A stretch of 64,000 nt of DNA from the human T2T-CHM13v2.0 reference genome, Homo sapiens. Below are positions 52,746-64,000 of this stretch, one piece after another. Each line of letters opens with the position of its first letter. The first letter of the stretch is position 1. A model generated the notes under the pieces. The model saw only the letters and a list, made by a program, of their open reading frames with translations, was not told the origin of the DNA and did not search any database. The DNA lies in assembly GCF_009914755.1 (NCBI RefSeq), contig NC_060938.1. The stretch is one strand, 5' to 3'. The position numbers and the translations under genes were made by a program.

Positions 52746-53724
52746 TCCTTTTCTTACTAAATTTCATTTAGAAACACAGCATAAACTTTCATCCTTGTAC
52801 AATTGTTTTTAATTAAAATATCTGAAACTTTCTGAAATAGTTTTAATAATGATGAGCACAAAACATGATTTCAGCTATTATTTTTTATTACATACATCTC
52901 CTTTTTTTTATATTTATAACAAAGTCATTTATAGTGGACTTGCCATTCAACTTGTCTTGGATTGTTTTTTATAAAGATATCTACTGACCTTTCAGTATTT
53001 TCAAGCTTTGTTCATGAACGTTTGTTAGTATAGATACCTATTAAGTATCCTGTGTTGTCTTGAATTATAGAAAAGAATATGTGTTTAGACAACAATTAAT
53101 AAGGGCAAAATACAATGTTTATTTTATAATCTTATTATGGTACTTCTGAAGGATAAAGGCCTATGAATGAATGGTCCTGGCATTTCCCCAAAGGGTACAG
53201 TGTTTAGAAACCTCTGGTAAAGCCATGTACTATCAGTCCTACCTACTCAGTGCCCTTCCTTTTAGTAGGATCTCACTTTAGAACTATTCTAGAATCAGAG
53301 CTTCTCAAATATTTGGAATATAAATATTTCTGAAATGAATTATTTAGCCAGCTGCCTGCTTTACACACAGGATGAACCATGCTTTTGACTTCTTTGATGT
53401 AAGCCAGGCTTTTAATTTTGAGCTTCACTATAGTGCAGTAACATCCTACCAAGCCAAGGAGGCCCTTCATTGAACATCCCCAGGTTCCGTGTTTACATCA
53501 TTCTGATGCTTGTGCTTGCTTGCTTTTATTCTGTAGTGGGATTCTCTCACTAGCACCCTTTGGTTTCTGTAACACTATCATTTTTTATGCCTTTCACTTA
53601 CTCTTTGTAATGAGAAAGGCTGTTATTAATGTGACTAGCCCAAGATCAACTAATACGTATACGATAGGCTCTTGTATAATGGAAAGCCTTGAATTATTCT
53701 ACATTTCGTTTGTTGCATGAATAG

Positions 53725-53975
53725 AAGCTTAAAATAGCTTAAGAACTTGGGATCTGGAACCACATGACCTGGTTCAAATTGTTATCCTGTCAGTAGCTAT
53801 ATGAAATTGGCCAAATTACTTAACCTCTATGTCCCTGGGTATACACATCTGTAAAATTGGGCATGAATAATATGACACACTTAATAGGTTTTTATAAAAG
53901 TTACCTGAGTCAATATTTATCAAGTACTTAAAATGACATTTGTCACATAATAAGTACAAGTAGGTATTTTTATCT
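53725..53975 (+). mobile_element. MIR
   Basis: ggccaaattacttaacctctatgtc...catctgtaaaattggg. Confidence 0.8.
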
Positions 53976-54639
53976 ACTTAAGTTGTACTGAGATTTTTGC
54001 TTTTCTTCTGTTTTCCCAATGGTATTTAAAAATTAGAGCTATCAAAAAATGCTTCTGCTAAATCCCATTATTATGCTAAATAAATGTCCCTGAAAGTTAT
54101 TTAAACTGCATGCATTAGAATTCAAGGAAAAGAAGTTCTTCTGAACTGTAAGTGATGAGCAGCTATAAGGCAACTTTAGGTAGTTGTCTTCTCTTACAGA
54201 ATATGCTTGTGTCTTTTCCCTCACTAGATTGTGAGCTTATTGATTATGTGGACTTTTCATTTCCTTTTATGTGTTGTAAATTTTTATAGGATTTATCAAT
54301 TTTAGTGCCTTACTTGCACATGGCTTTCCTTCATGAAAAATTCTCCTGCCAATAGCCCTGATTTTCTGAAGGAACAAGCTAAACAAATGTTTTCTGTAAT
54401 GTGAGTCCCTGCAGATATGGGTATATTAGTTATAAGATACAGCCAGTGACCAAGATCATTGAACAAGGTAGGCTTGAGATATAGGCATATTGGTTAAGGA
54501 CAGGCCAATTAAAGATTGATGATGTGATCTGGATACAAGAGCTCTCTCCAAATGGGAATGCTGATGATTAGCTCAATTCATTATAATTTTTTTTAAGTGT
54601 TTGAATTGGGATATGGTCTGCATGTTAGAGTCTCAGTAA

Positions 54640-55690
54640 GAGTTGAGGGAATAAATATAACCCCACCTTTTCTTCTTACTCTATTTTTAAGTATCTCCTT
54701 AATTTTACTTACTAGTAATAATTTGAATAGATGTTTGTTAAAAATGTCTTTTAATACTTGTACTTTGAAACAAACAATAAGACATGAACAGGCAACTCAT
54801 GATGCATTAGTCTGTTGGTTTAATTCCTTAATATATAAAAAGCTTTTGAGTGAAAATATTTAACCAAATTCCTGACACAACTATGTTCCATGGCTGCCCT
54901 TCTACCTTTCCATGTGGGGATTGTAAGATCCTGAAATTTTTTAAGAACATATTTTATTAACTGATTCAATTTATTCAATAAAGTTTGTCCTAATCAGAGT
55001 TTTTATGTGTTTTGGTCAGGTTTGGTAAATTGTACCATTTCAAGAATTTGTTAATTTCATCAAAATTGGCAAATATATTGGCATATAATTATAAACAATT
55101 CCTCTTATTATGTTTTAAATATTTATAATACCTTTAGTTATGCTATCTGTTTTATTCATCTTTCGGTAACTTGGGTTTTCTCTGTTTTTCATGACAAATC
55201 TTATAATATGATTTTGAAAAAGTATTATCAACTAAAGTCTACATTTTACTCAGATTTCCTTGATATTCACCTATGTGGCATTTTCTGTTCAGAATCTCAT
55301 TCAGGATAGTTTATTACATTTCGTTGTTAGGTTTCATTATTCTCCTACAATTTGTGACAGTTTGTTAGACTTTCTGTGATTTTGATCCCCTTGACTATTT
55401 TAAGAATAATGGGTGGCATTTTGTAGGAGATCCTTTATTTGGGATTTGTTAGATGTTTTTCTGATGATTACACTGGGATTATGGGTTATGGGGAGGAAAA
55501 CCATAGAGATAATGTACCTTTCTCATTGCATCACTGTTGATGTTAAACTTGATCACCTGGTTGATGTAGTGTTTGTCAGGTTTCCTCTCTGTAAAGTACT
55601 CCTTTTTTCTCCGCTTTCTATACTATATGCTTTTACAGGAAGTCACTACCTGTCATCTACAATATGGAATAGGAAGTTAGGCTTCACCCC
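54640..55690 (-). mobile_element. Old L1M fragments (ORF2 piece and L1MC/MD 3' UTR)
   Basis: ttcaagaatttgttaatttcatc (ORF2); atcactgttgatgttaaacttgatcacctgg (L1MC/MD UTR). Confidence 0.65.
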
Positions 55691-55694
55691 CTTA

Positions 55695-56685
55695 GAGGGT
55701 CTCTTAGTATTTCCAGTCCTTGTGTTTTAGTCAGTTTTGTGCTGCTATAACACAACATCACAGACTGGGTAATTTGTAAAGGACAGAAATTTATTTCTCA
55801 CAGTTCTAGAGGCTGGGAAGTTCAGTATCAAGGTACTGGTGTCTATGAGGGCCTTCTTGCTCTGCTCTCACATGGCAGAAGGCATCACATGGTTGAAGGG
55901 CAAAGAGAGGATGACAGAGACCACACCTGAAAACTCTTTTATTAAAGCATTAAATCCAAACATGAAGGTGGAGCCCTCATGTCCTAGTCACCTCTTAAAG
56001 TTCTCACCTCCTAAAACTGTTACAATGATATTACATTTCAACATGAGTTTTGGAGGAGACATTCAAACCATAGCACCCTGTGATTAAATTTAATGAAATA
56101 CTACAATGCAGTTCAGACAGGACTACTGGTGGTCCAAACCCTTTAAGAATTTGCCTAGTTTGGGTCACCCCACCAGTTAATAAACCGTGATGAATACTGA
56201 GGACAAAGGGAAATATGGAATGGGTGGAAGGAGATAGTTATAAATAAAGGCTAACAATCACATGACCAGTTACAGAAACTAGAGCTGTAACTTACATGAA
56301 TTTTTAAAATTTAATTAAAAGCATGTTGTTGCATATGTGTGCAGCAATATCTTTGTTTTCTACCCACCTTTATCCTCTTATTATGTAACATAAAATGTAT
56401 TGACTGTACATCATGTATTTGAATATTGTACATATATCTACATTGCATTTAAGTTATAGGCTTTATAACTTTACATTGCATTTAAATTATAGGCTATAAA
56501 GGAAAAGATTAAATGTTGTTAAGGACTTTGCATCATTTTCCGGGGAAAGACTTAGAGCACTTTTTGTTGTAGGCAGGATAGTTATATCATGTTAGGTGAA
56601 AGTATGAATTTGCTCTTTTTTTATTTGTAGATTAAGTATGATGTAAGGAGATGAGTATGGGTGGCACATTGACAAGGGGCAGACA
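55695..56685 (+). mobile_element. ERVL internal 3' end with polypurine tract
   Basis: ccctgtgattaa...gtttgggtcaccccaccag...tgaccagttacagaaac; PPT gacaaggggcagac abuts the LTR. Confidence 0.8.
55723..56075 (-). mobile_element. MST (B/C/D-like) MaLR solo LTR
   Basis: tgttttagtc...cattcaaaccatagca; TSD ccttg/ccctg. Confidence 0.88.
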
Positions 56686-57129
56686 TGCGATGGTTAATTT
56701 TATATCAGCTAGCCTGGTCCATGTGGCTCAGATATTTGGTCAAACCTTTTTCTGGATGTTCTGTGAAAGCGTTTTTAGGATGAGATTAACATTTAAGTTA
56801 GTAGACTTTGAGTAAAGCAGGTTATCCTTCATAATGTCGATAGGCCTCATCCAATCAGCTAAAGGCCTTCACAGAACAAAGACTGACTTCCCCTGAACAA
56901 GAAGGAATCTTGACACCAGGTGGCCTTTGGAGTTTGTTCTTGACTCTTCTCTAGATCTCCAGCCTGCTGTCTATTACTGCATATTTTGGTCTTGCACCTC
57001 CACAGTTGCATGAGCTGATTTCTTAAAATTTCTCTGTCTCTCCACATACATACATACATACATACATACATACATACATACATACATACCCTATTTGTTC
57101 TGTTTCTCTGGAGATCCCTTATGAATACA
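56686..57129 (+). mobile_element. MLT2 (C/D-like) 3' LTR
   Basis: tgcgatggttaatttta...gatgagattaacattt...gttctgtttctctggaga...aataca; contains (TACA)n. Confidence 0.88.
57044..57089. repeat. (TACA)n microsatellite
   Basis: About 11 perfect units. Confidence 0.95.
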
Positions 57130-57630
57130 GAGCCCTTAATATATTAATCATATTTGTTTTAAATTTTCTATCTGATAATTTCAAAATTAGTGTTCTATGA
57201 GAGTTGGCTTTGGTGATTGCCTTGTCTCTTCAGGCTGTGCTTTTTCTTGCCTGTGGCATACCTTGTAATTTTTAGTTGAAAGTTGAGTATGTTATATGAG
57301 GTAATAGGAAACTAAGATATATAGATCTTTAGTGTGAGGATTTATATTATTTTGATGAGGATTTAGGCTGTATTTAATATTTATTCCAGCCACAGATACC
57401 AGAGGTTTGAAATTCATCTAATGTCTTTCTTTCCGTCTGCCCTCCTTATCTTGGCCCTCCCTGAGTGCTCCTCTTCAGAGAGTGTCTGCATCTTGCAGTC
57501 CTATCATTCTCTGTTCAGCTATTGGTGTGGTTCTTGGTGGTTTGGTGATAAGGTGTGAGGGAAGAGGGGCTTTCTAGAATCTTCTGATGAAGTCTCAGTC
57601 TCTGATTGGCTTGTGTCTCAGGGCTGCAAC

Positions 57631-58835
57631 TAAGAGACGAGAGAAAAAGGAACCAGTTAGGCAGAGAGCTACAGCAAGTCCTTGGTCGAATTCCTTTTTT
57701 AACAAAGGAACAGCTTGAAAGACTAAGCTGCAAGCAAAGATAAAGGGGCTAGGTCCACCATAAAAATGCCTTTTGTGTAACTAACAAGGGTCACAGACAA
57801 GGGGAGTTGCACAGAACCAGGCACATCCGTCCATCCACAGTGGAGAACTGCACCCCCTAAAACATGCACAGTAAGGGAAATTAAGCAACATGGAGTAACT
57901 TAGGCTAAGAATCTGCATGCACACGAAGTCCTTGCCCATGCCTATGACCTGAATGGTATTGCCTAGGTTTTCTTCTAGGGTTTTTAAGGTTTTAGGTCTA
58001 ATATTTAAGTCTTTAATCCATCTTGAATTGATTTATGCAGCCATAAAAAAGGATGAGTTCATGTCCTTTATAGGGACATGGATGAAGCTGGAAACCATCA
58101 TTCTGAGCAAACTATCGCAAGGACAGGAAACCAAACACCACATGTTCTCATTCACAGGTGGGAAATGAACAATGAGAACACATGGACACAGGGTGGGGAA
58201 CATCACATACTGGGGCCTGCCAGGGGGTGGGGGGAGGGGGAGGGATAGCATTAGGAGATATACCTAATGTAAATGACGAGTTAACAGGTGCAGCACACCA
58301 ACATGGCACATGTATACATATGTAACAAACATGCACGTTGTGCACATGTACCCTAGAACTTAAAGTAAAATAAAAAAAAGAACCCACAGAATGAGAGAAA
58401 ATATCTGCAAATTATGTATCTAATAAGGGATATGTCTCCAGACCATATAAAGAGCTCTTATAAATTATCAATAAAGTCAACCTAAAAAAAAAAAAAGAAT
58501 CTGCATGCACACTAAAAGGACAGGGAGGAGCTCTCAGGATTTCGCACCTTATGCAAATGAACCACTTAACCCTAACCAGTTTTTTATGCCTTATGTAAAT
58601 GAAACATTCCTCTCTACTAACCTGTTTATAAAAGCCTTTGTATGCAACCGTAGAATGGCAACCCTTTTTTTTGTCTTCACTGCAGAGAGCTTTCTTCTTT
58701 CATCTATTAAATTTTCACTCCATCCTCACCCCTGTGTCCATGCTCTTTAATTTTCTCTGTGGTGAGACAAAGAACTGGGGTCCTACTTCAAACAATAAAA
58801 TTTAAACATTGTGGTGCATTGTCAAGACTGCAATA
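57631..58835 (+). mobile_element. MER61-like ERV1 LTR, interrupted by an L1PA
   Basis: aaggaaccagttaggcag...gaattc...aacagcttgaaa...aagctgcaagcaaagataa; TATA-like tttataaaa and attaaa; TSD caac/taac. Confidence 0.7.
57925..58494 (+). mobile_element. L1PA5-like insertion, 5'-inverted, with a ~105-nt 3' transduction
   Basis: Antisense ORF2 at 57925-58034, sense 58034-58379; 18-bp TSD AAGAATCTGCATGCACAC at 57907-57924 and 58495-58512. Confidence 0.95.
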
Positions 58836-59549
58836 TAACTTTTCACAAATGTTTCTCCAGTGGTGTGGCTTGTGCATTCCCTGTCTCTTACTCCCTAATC
58901 TGGCTGTAGTATTCCAAATACAGTTCCTGGAATCCCTGATTCCTGCTGATTATATTTTTCCTCCTCTGCTTCCTTTTCCTCCCCACATTCATCCCCTCAC
59001 CTCCATAGGTGAGATAGCAAGGCTGGAAAGAGCTGTGGTATAAAGTAATTTTCTCAGAACTGTTCTCTGGGCAAAGTCCTTTCTCCTGGAGATTAGACCT
59101 TCATTATGGGGAAGGTTGTGGAGATATTTTACAATGGTTACTCTTTCCCATCTCCTGCCAGAGATAGGAGGGGATCGCTCTTGGATCTTTATTGTGAGAA
59201 CCAGATAGGGTTCATTGAGGAAAGGCATGGGATCCTGGTGGCTCCCCTAAGACTGAAACCCCCAAAACTTTGTGTCTCACTCTAGTCTTACACTCAGCCA
59301 TCATCAGTAGGAATACATCATAACTGACATTTTAGTTTATGGCTACAAGGGCTTCTCTCCTGGGTAAGTGGATCTTGGCTGCGGTGTCTTTCTGTTTTTA
59401 CCTGTTCCTCCAGGTTTTGCTGTACCAGTTGGCCTCACAACTGTAGTTCTGTGATAGGTTTGAAAAAATTAGTTTGTTTGAACTTTTCTCGTTTTAAACA
59501 TAGGAATGATGACTACCAAGTTCTTTACATGATGGAAATAAAATAGGAA

Positions 59550-61500
59550 GGGCTAGGAAATATTTTCTTGTGGTCAAAGAAACAATTCTGATATAATTTA
59601 GTCCCTTCATTTTTGTTGATGTGTGGTTTACAAACCAGCTTATCTTCAATTTTGTGCATTTGAAAAGGATGTAAATTCTGTATTCTCCATTTGGGGTGTG
59701 GTATAAATTAGATCAAGTTTTTAATCATGTTGTTTAAATTTCCTAAATCTTTACATGAGTGTTATTCATTTATTCTATTATTTATTGTGTTGAATATGTT
59801 TATGAAGTTGACTATTTCTATTTTACTACATTTCCTGAGGATAAAGAGTTCATGCAACAGCAACACATATAGTAATTGCAAATCCGCATATACTGCATTA
59901 TGCATATAATGGCTTAACTTCTATGTAGAATTGCAATTACTACATGTGTTGCTGTTGCATGAACTCTTTATTCTTAGGAAATGTCCCTATTTACCACTAC
60001 TTATAATTTTTTACTTCAAATTTTATTTGTCTGATATTTATATAGCAACTGAACCATTCTGCTCAATGCTTGTTGGCATGAATTTTTTCATAATTCTACT
60101 TTTGGTCTTTCTTTGTCTTCATACATTTATGGAAAAGGCAATTGCATTTTATTTTTGTTTACTAGTTTGTTTTAATCAATTTCTGTCACCTTAGCCCTTA
60201 TTTGGAATATTTAGTCTATTAACATTGCTAATTTTTCTGATTCAAGATTTAAGCCACTTTTGTGTTTATTTTTCCTTGAGTTCATAGAGACTTTTAAAAT
60301 CCATAGGTTGGTATCTTTCTTCCATTGTGGAAAAGCCTTGTTCATTATCCCTTTAAATATTACTTCTATCTCATTCTCTCCTCTCTTTCTGGGAGCTCAA
60401 TCACACATATGTATGAACATTTCAAAACCACATGACAAGTCTTTACACACTTATCACATTTTTCATTTTTGTCCTTTCTGTGGATCTGTTTATATATGAT
60501 GCATTGATCTATTTTTTAGCTCACTAATATTGTCTGTACTATTTCTGATTTATTTTTAAATCAAATTTTTAAGTTCCACATGAAATATTATACTCCAAGT
60601 TATGAAATATTTTATTCTTTTGTCTATAAATAATATTCTGATGAAATTAGTGTTTTTCTGCTTCATATTCTACTCTATTTTCTTCTAAATCTTGTCTGAT
60701 GACTCTAATAGATGGTCAAATTTGTGTTGTTTCTACTGTCAGTTTTTCTCTTGTTTATCTACCATATGATACTGTCTCTTCACATGCCTGGTAATTCTTG
60801 ATTGAATGCTGGGAAGCGTTGTTGTATATCATGCTATCTTTCTCCAGCAAGAGTCTGCTCTTTCCTTTGTAAGGAGGAAGCTGATTAGGTTAACTCAATC
60901 AGGTATGAAGCTGAGGCAAGGCTGGGGATTTGTTTTGGTAAGAACTAATCTACCACTACATTGTTCCTTTGCTTATAGAGAATGTCAAGGCATTCATTTT
61001 ATGTGTTCACCAGGATGCCTCTCCCTGGAAGAACCTAACCTCTAATCTTTTCTCTTCAGCACTAGAAAACGATGGTCTAATTTCCTGAGATTGTAATGTT
61101 AGCCCTTTGACCTCCTGTGCTCTGTAGCATAGGAATTTGATAAATATCTTGAGGTGTAAAGTGATTGTATGTACCAATTCTGTTACTCCAGCTCTATAAA
61201 ACCACTAAAAATTCTCCTGGTCCTGCTGGCCCCCAGCTGGAGCCCTCTGTCCAGACAAAGCCTAGACTCTCATCAATTTGCCCTCACCAGAAATAGAAAA
61301 TATCTCCAGGGAGGAAATAGATGCTGACAATCAGTGTACCAATTTGTAATTCTCACATTTCAGAAATAGTCCCTTTTATTGAATATTGCTTCAAATATTT
61401 CTGATGCTTTTAAACAGGTATCTTAAAAAAGTTTTTTAAAAGTGTTTTCCTGCACATCTGCTGGACACTTTGCCATTATATTAGGCAATAGAAATCTGTT
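59550..61500 (-). mobile_element. Highly degenerate L1ME-like fragments
   Basis: T-rich antisense L1-like text (ttatttgtctgatatttatatagcaact, cacatgcctggtaattcttgattgaatgctg). Confidence 0.55.
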
Positions 61501-61892
61501 CATATAACCACCACCATTTGGTACGTCCAGCAGGGCCTGAAGCCTGCCCTGACCTAGATCTGTTGGTAACCTGTATCTTTTCTGGTTCTCCTTATTATTT
61601 CCCTTTGCATGATCCTCTCCAAAATTAAATATATTCATGCCATTCTTTCACGTATACTTATTTAATTTTTTAAAAATCTATGCTTCAAAAATCTATTCAA
61701 AAATAGAATAGCTTCAAAGTATTATTCAACCACAATAACTATTTTCTAGGCATTGACTAAAGGAAAAAAACCACAATCTCTGCATTCCAGTAGATAAATC
61801 TATGTATATGAAACAGTATATGGCTATTCGACATCTCACTTTAATCAACATTACTTTCACCATGACTGCTCCTCATAGTGCAACATACTATG

Positions 61893-62289
61893 TGTGTTAG
61901 GCCATTCTTGCATTGCTGTAAAGAAATAACTGAGACAGGGTAATTTTTAAAGAAAGGAGGTTTAATTGGCTTACGGTTCTGCAGGCTGTACAAGAAACAT
62001 GGCACCAGCATCTGCTCAGTATCTGGAGGGGCCTCAGGGAGATTTTACTCATGGCAGAAGGCGGAGCATGCATCTCACACGGGGAGAATGGAAGCAAGAG
62101 GGAGTGGGAGGAGGTATTTCATACCTTAAACAGCCAGATCTCCTGAGAACTCACTACTGCGAGGACAGCACCAAGCCATGCAGCATCTACCTCCATGAAC
62201 CAAACACCTCCCATCCAGTACCACCTTTGATATTGGGGATTGCATTTCTACATGAGATTTGGGCAGGGACAAATATCCAAACTGTATCA
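61893..62289 (-). mobile_element. MSTA MaLR solo LTR
   Basis: tgtgttaggccattcttgcattgct...catgagatttgggcagggacaaatatccaaactgtatca. Confidence 0.93.
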
Positions 62290-64000
62290 CTGACGTCTCA
62301 AATTATACTTTTGTTTTCTAAAGGTATAGAGCTTATTTTGGTCTTACTGTCTTTAGTGTATAGATCATATTTCCCCGCTCTCTGTATAACTCTTATTCTT
62401 CCTTCAAAATTCTGCTCAGTAAATACAGCTTTAAATCTCATCTCTTTCTTCCTCTCATCCCTCCGTATGCTGATTAGGGAAAAAGAATCCTTTCAAAATA
62501 ATACTTATTTCAAAAATTCACAATTGCTTAGGAAAAATAATTATTTCTACTACATATATAACAGTTTGTAATTTGCATCAAATTCCACATAATAGCTGGA
62601 ATAGAATAGCTTCTATTAAGAGGTAAATGGAAATCATATTTTTAAAAAGTATTAGTTAATCTCATTATGTCCTTGGTAATAATTAATCTAAGTCACATTT
62701 GGAAAAGTATGAATAATTGCCAAATACTTTAAAAATTATATTTTCTTAACAAATTTATATAAAATATTTATTTACAGCAATATACTTAAATAGATTATTC
62801 TACTGAGTTGCAAGTCATACTGAATACTAACTTCTCGGGCAAAAAACAACTGTCTTCAATTTAACATATGGAGTAGCATTTTATTACTCTAAAACTTATT
62901 TACAAGATATTTTTACATATTAATTTGAAGACCAGATCATTGCTACCAAACTAGTAACTCCCCCTATTTTAGGTGTCATATTTGTCTATGAAATCAAATG
63001 CTTTTTGTAATACGAATATCTCTGCCCTCAATAAAGTGAGTTCTGTGGGTTAAGTTCTGTGGGTTGAACGAAGTTTCTATGCAAAAAAGGCTAAGTTTTT
63101 TTTTTTTGGCCTTAGCAAAAAATATTGTTGAAAATTTATATTTTTAGTATTTTGTTACATCCAATAATTTGGCAGGGAGGCGGGAGATGGTGCATCGAAA
63201 TCAAGTGTACATTCCATAGTTCTGTTTCATATACAAGGGGAGCTACTGAAACCAAGTCACGTAAAGGTAAATTATTGCTTATTGGAAGAAATTTAAAAGC
63301 AGCAAAACAAAACAAAAGCCACAGTGCACATATTTCCCCACTGTTCCATTGTAATACAGAGAGATATACTTCAACTGAGTATTGCTGAACCAGTTGAACC
63401 ACAGAGAAAGCTTCAGAAGAGGAACTGAATCCACGTAAAACTGCATATTTGTAAAGAAAGCAGGGCAGAAGACATCTGGGAGACTGGGATCTCCTTGATC
63501 TAGAAAAGGGACTTGTTAAATAAGGGGAACTTCTGAAACTCAGTGCTTCTACCAAATTGTTTTACTTTGAGCTAACTCAGGTTTGCTGTGGCAGCTCCTT
63601 GATAATCAAAGAAAGGGAAAGCAGTGAGCCTTCAGGGCATCATTCTGATCTTTATATAACACTGAATTTCATTTAAAAACCTCTAAAATGCAGTTTTTAA
63701 TAATTTCATAGTGCAAAGTTATGTTGAGTAAATAAACACATGTATAAACAAGTGTTCAACATCTATACCTCTTTGGCCAGACTCATTTAGATTAAGGTGT
63801 TTGGCTAATTTATTATTTCTAGTTCATTGAGGATTAATTCATTTATGAAGATAAATAATTTTCATTGTGATTGTATAAAAGAACAAAATGGAAGCAATGT
63901 AATTAAAATTTGCTTTGGAGATATTTTCAATAACGGGAAATTGGTTATTAAAACTTACAGTATAAATAACAAATTAGATCACTTTGAAAAGAGGTTTGGA

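Larger units (their letters stand above)
57130..59530 (-). mobile_element. L1MC/MD-type 5' region, split by an ERV1 LTR
   Basis: Host text gggctgcaac|tttcacaaatgtttc reads continuously across the LTR. Confidence 0.55.

Noticed and set aside
56439-56500. 33-nt imperfect tandem repeat
   Set aside because: Lies in the ERVL 3' untranslated region, which as I recall is itself internally repetitive
61966-62571. 201-aa plus-strand ORF
   Set aside because: First half is antisense MSTA LTR and the rest is AT-rich flank; no recognisable domain
63039-63065. 14-bp period duplication of agttctgtgggtt
   Set aside because: Ordinary slippage duplication

Overview
Primate (most likely human or great ape: AluY and L1PA3-like elements are present), AT-rich, repeat-dense intergenic or deep-intronic DNA. 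I found no intact protein-coding gene, RNA gene or CpG island. The supplied ORFs come from repeats or low-complexity sequence, or have no recognisable homologue. Most of the window is nested interspersed repeats: L1PA/L1MA/L1MC/L1ME, Alu, MIR, L2, L3/CR1, ERVL/MaLR/ERV1 LTRs, Tigger1, Tigger3b, MER5 and MER63. The main non-repeat feature, missed by the ORF track, is a degenerate processed copy of ataxin-3 (ATXN3) at about 22221-22955 (+). Its homology starts and stops at what I recall as parental exon boundaries, it lacks the polyQ exon, and it carries an extra ~95 nt at the exon 5/6 junction, so it may preserve an unusual ancestral splice isoform. Two primate L1 insertions each combine a twin-priming 5' inversion with a 3' transduction inside clean TSDs. 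There is also a templated-insertion repair scar and a TSD-less antisense L1 filler. All family names and ATXN3 exon positions are from recall, not database searches, and need RepeatMasker/BLAT confirmation. I see no evidence for a new multi-gene system.
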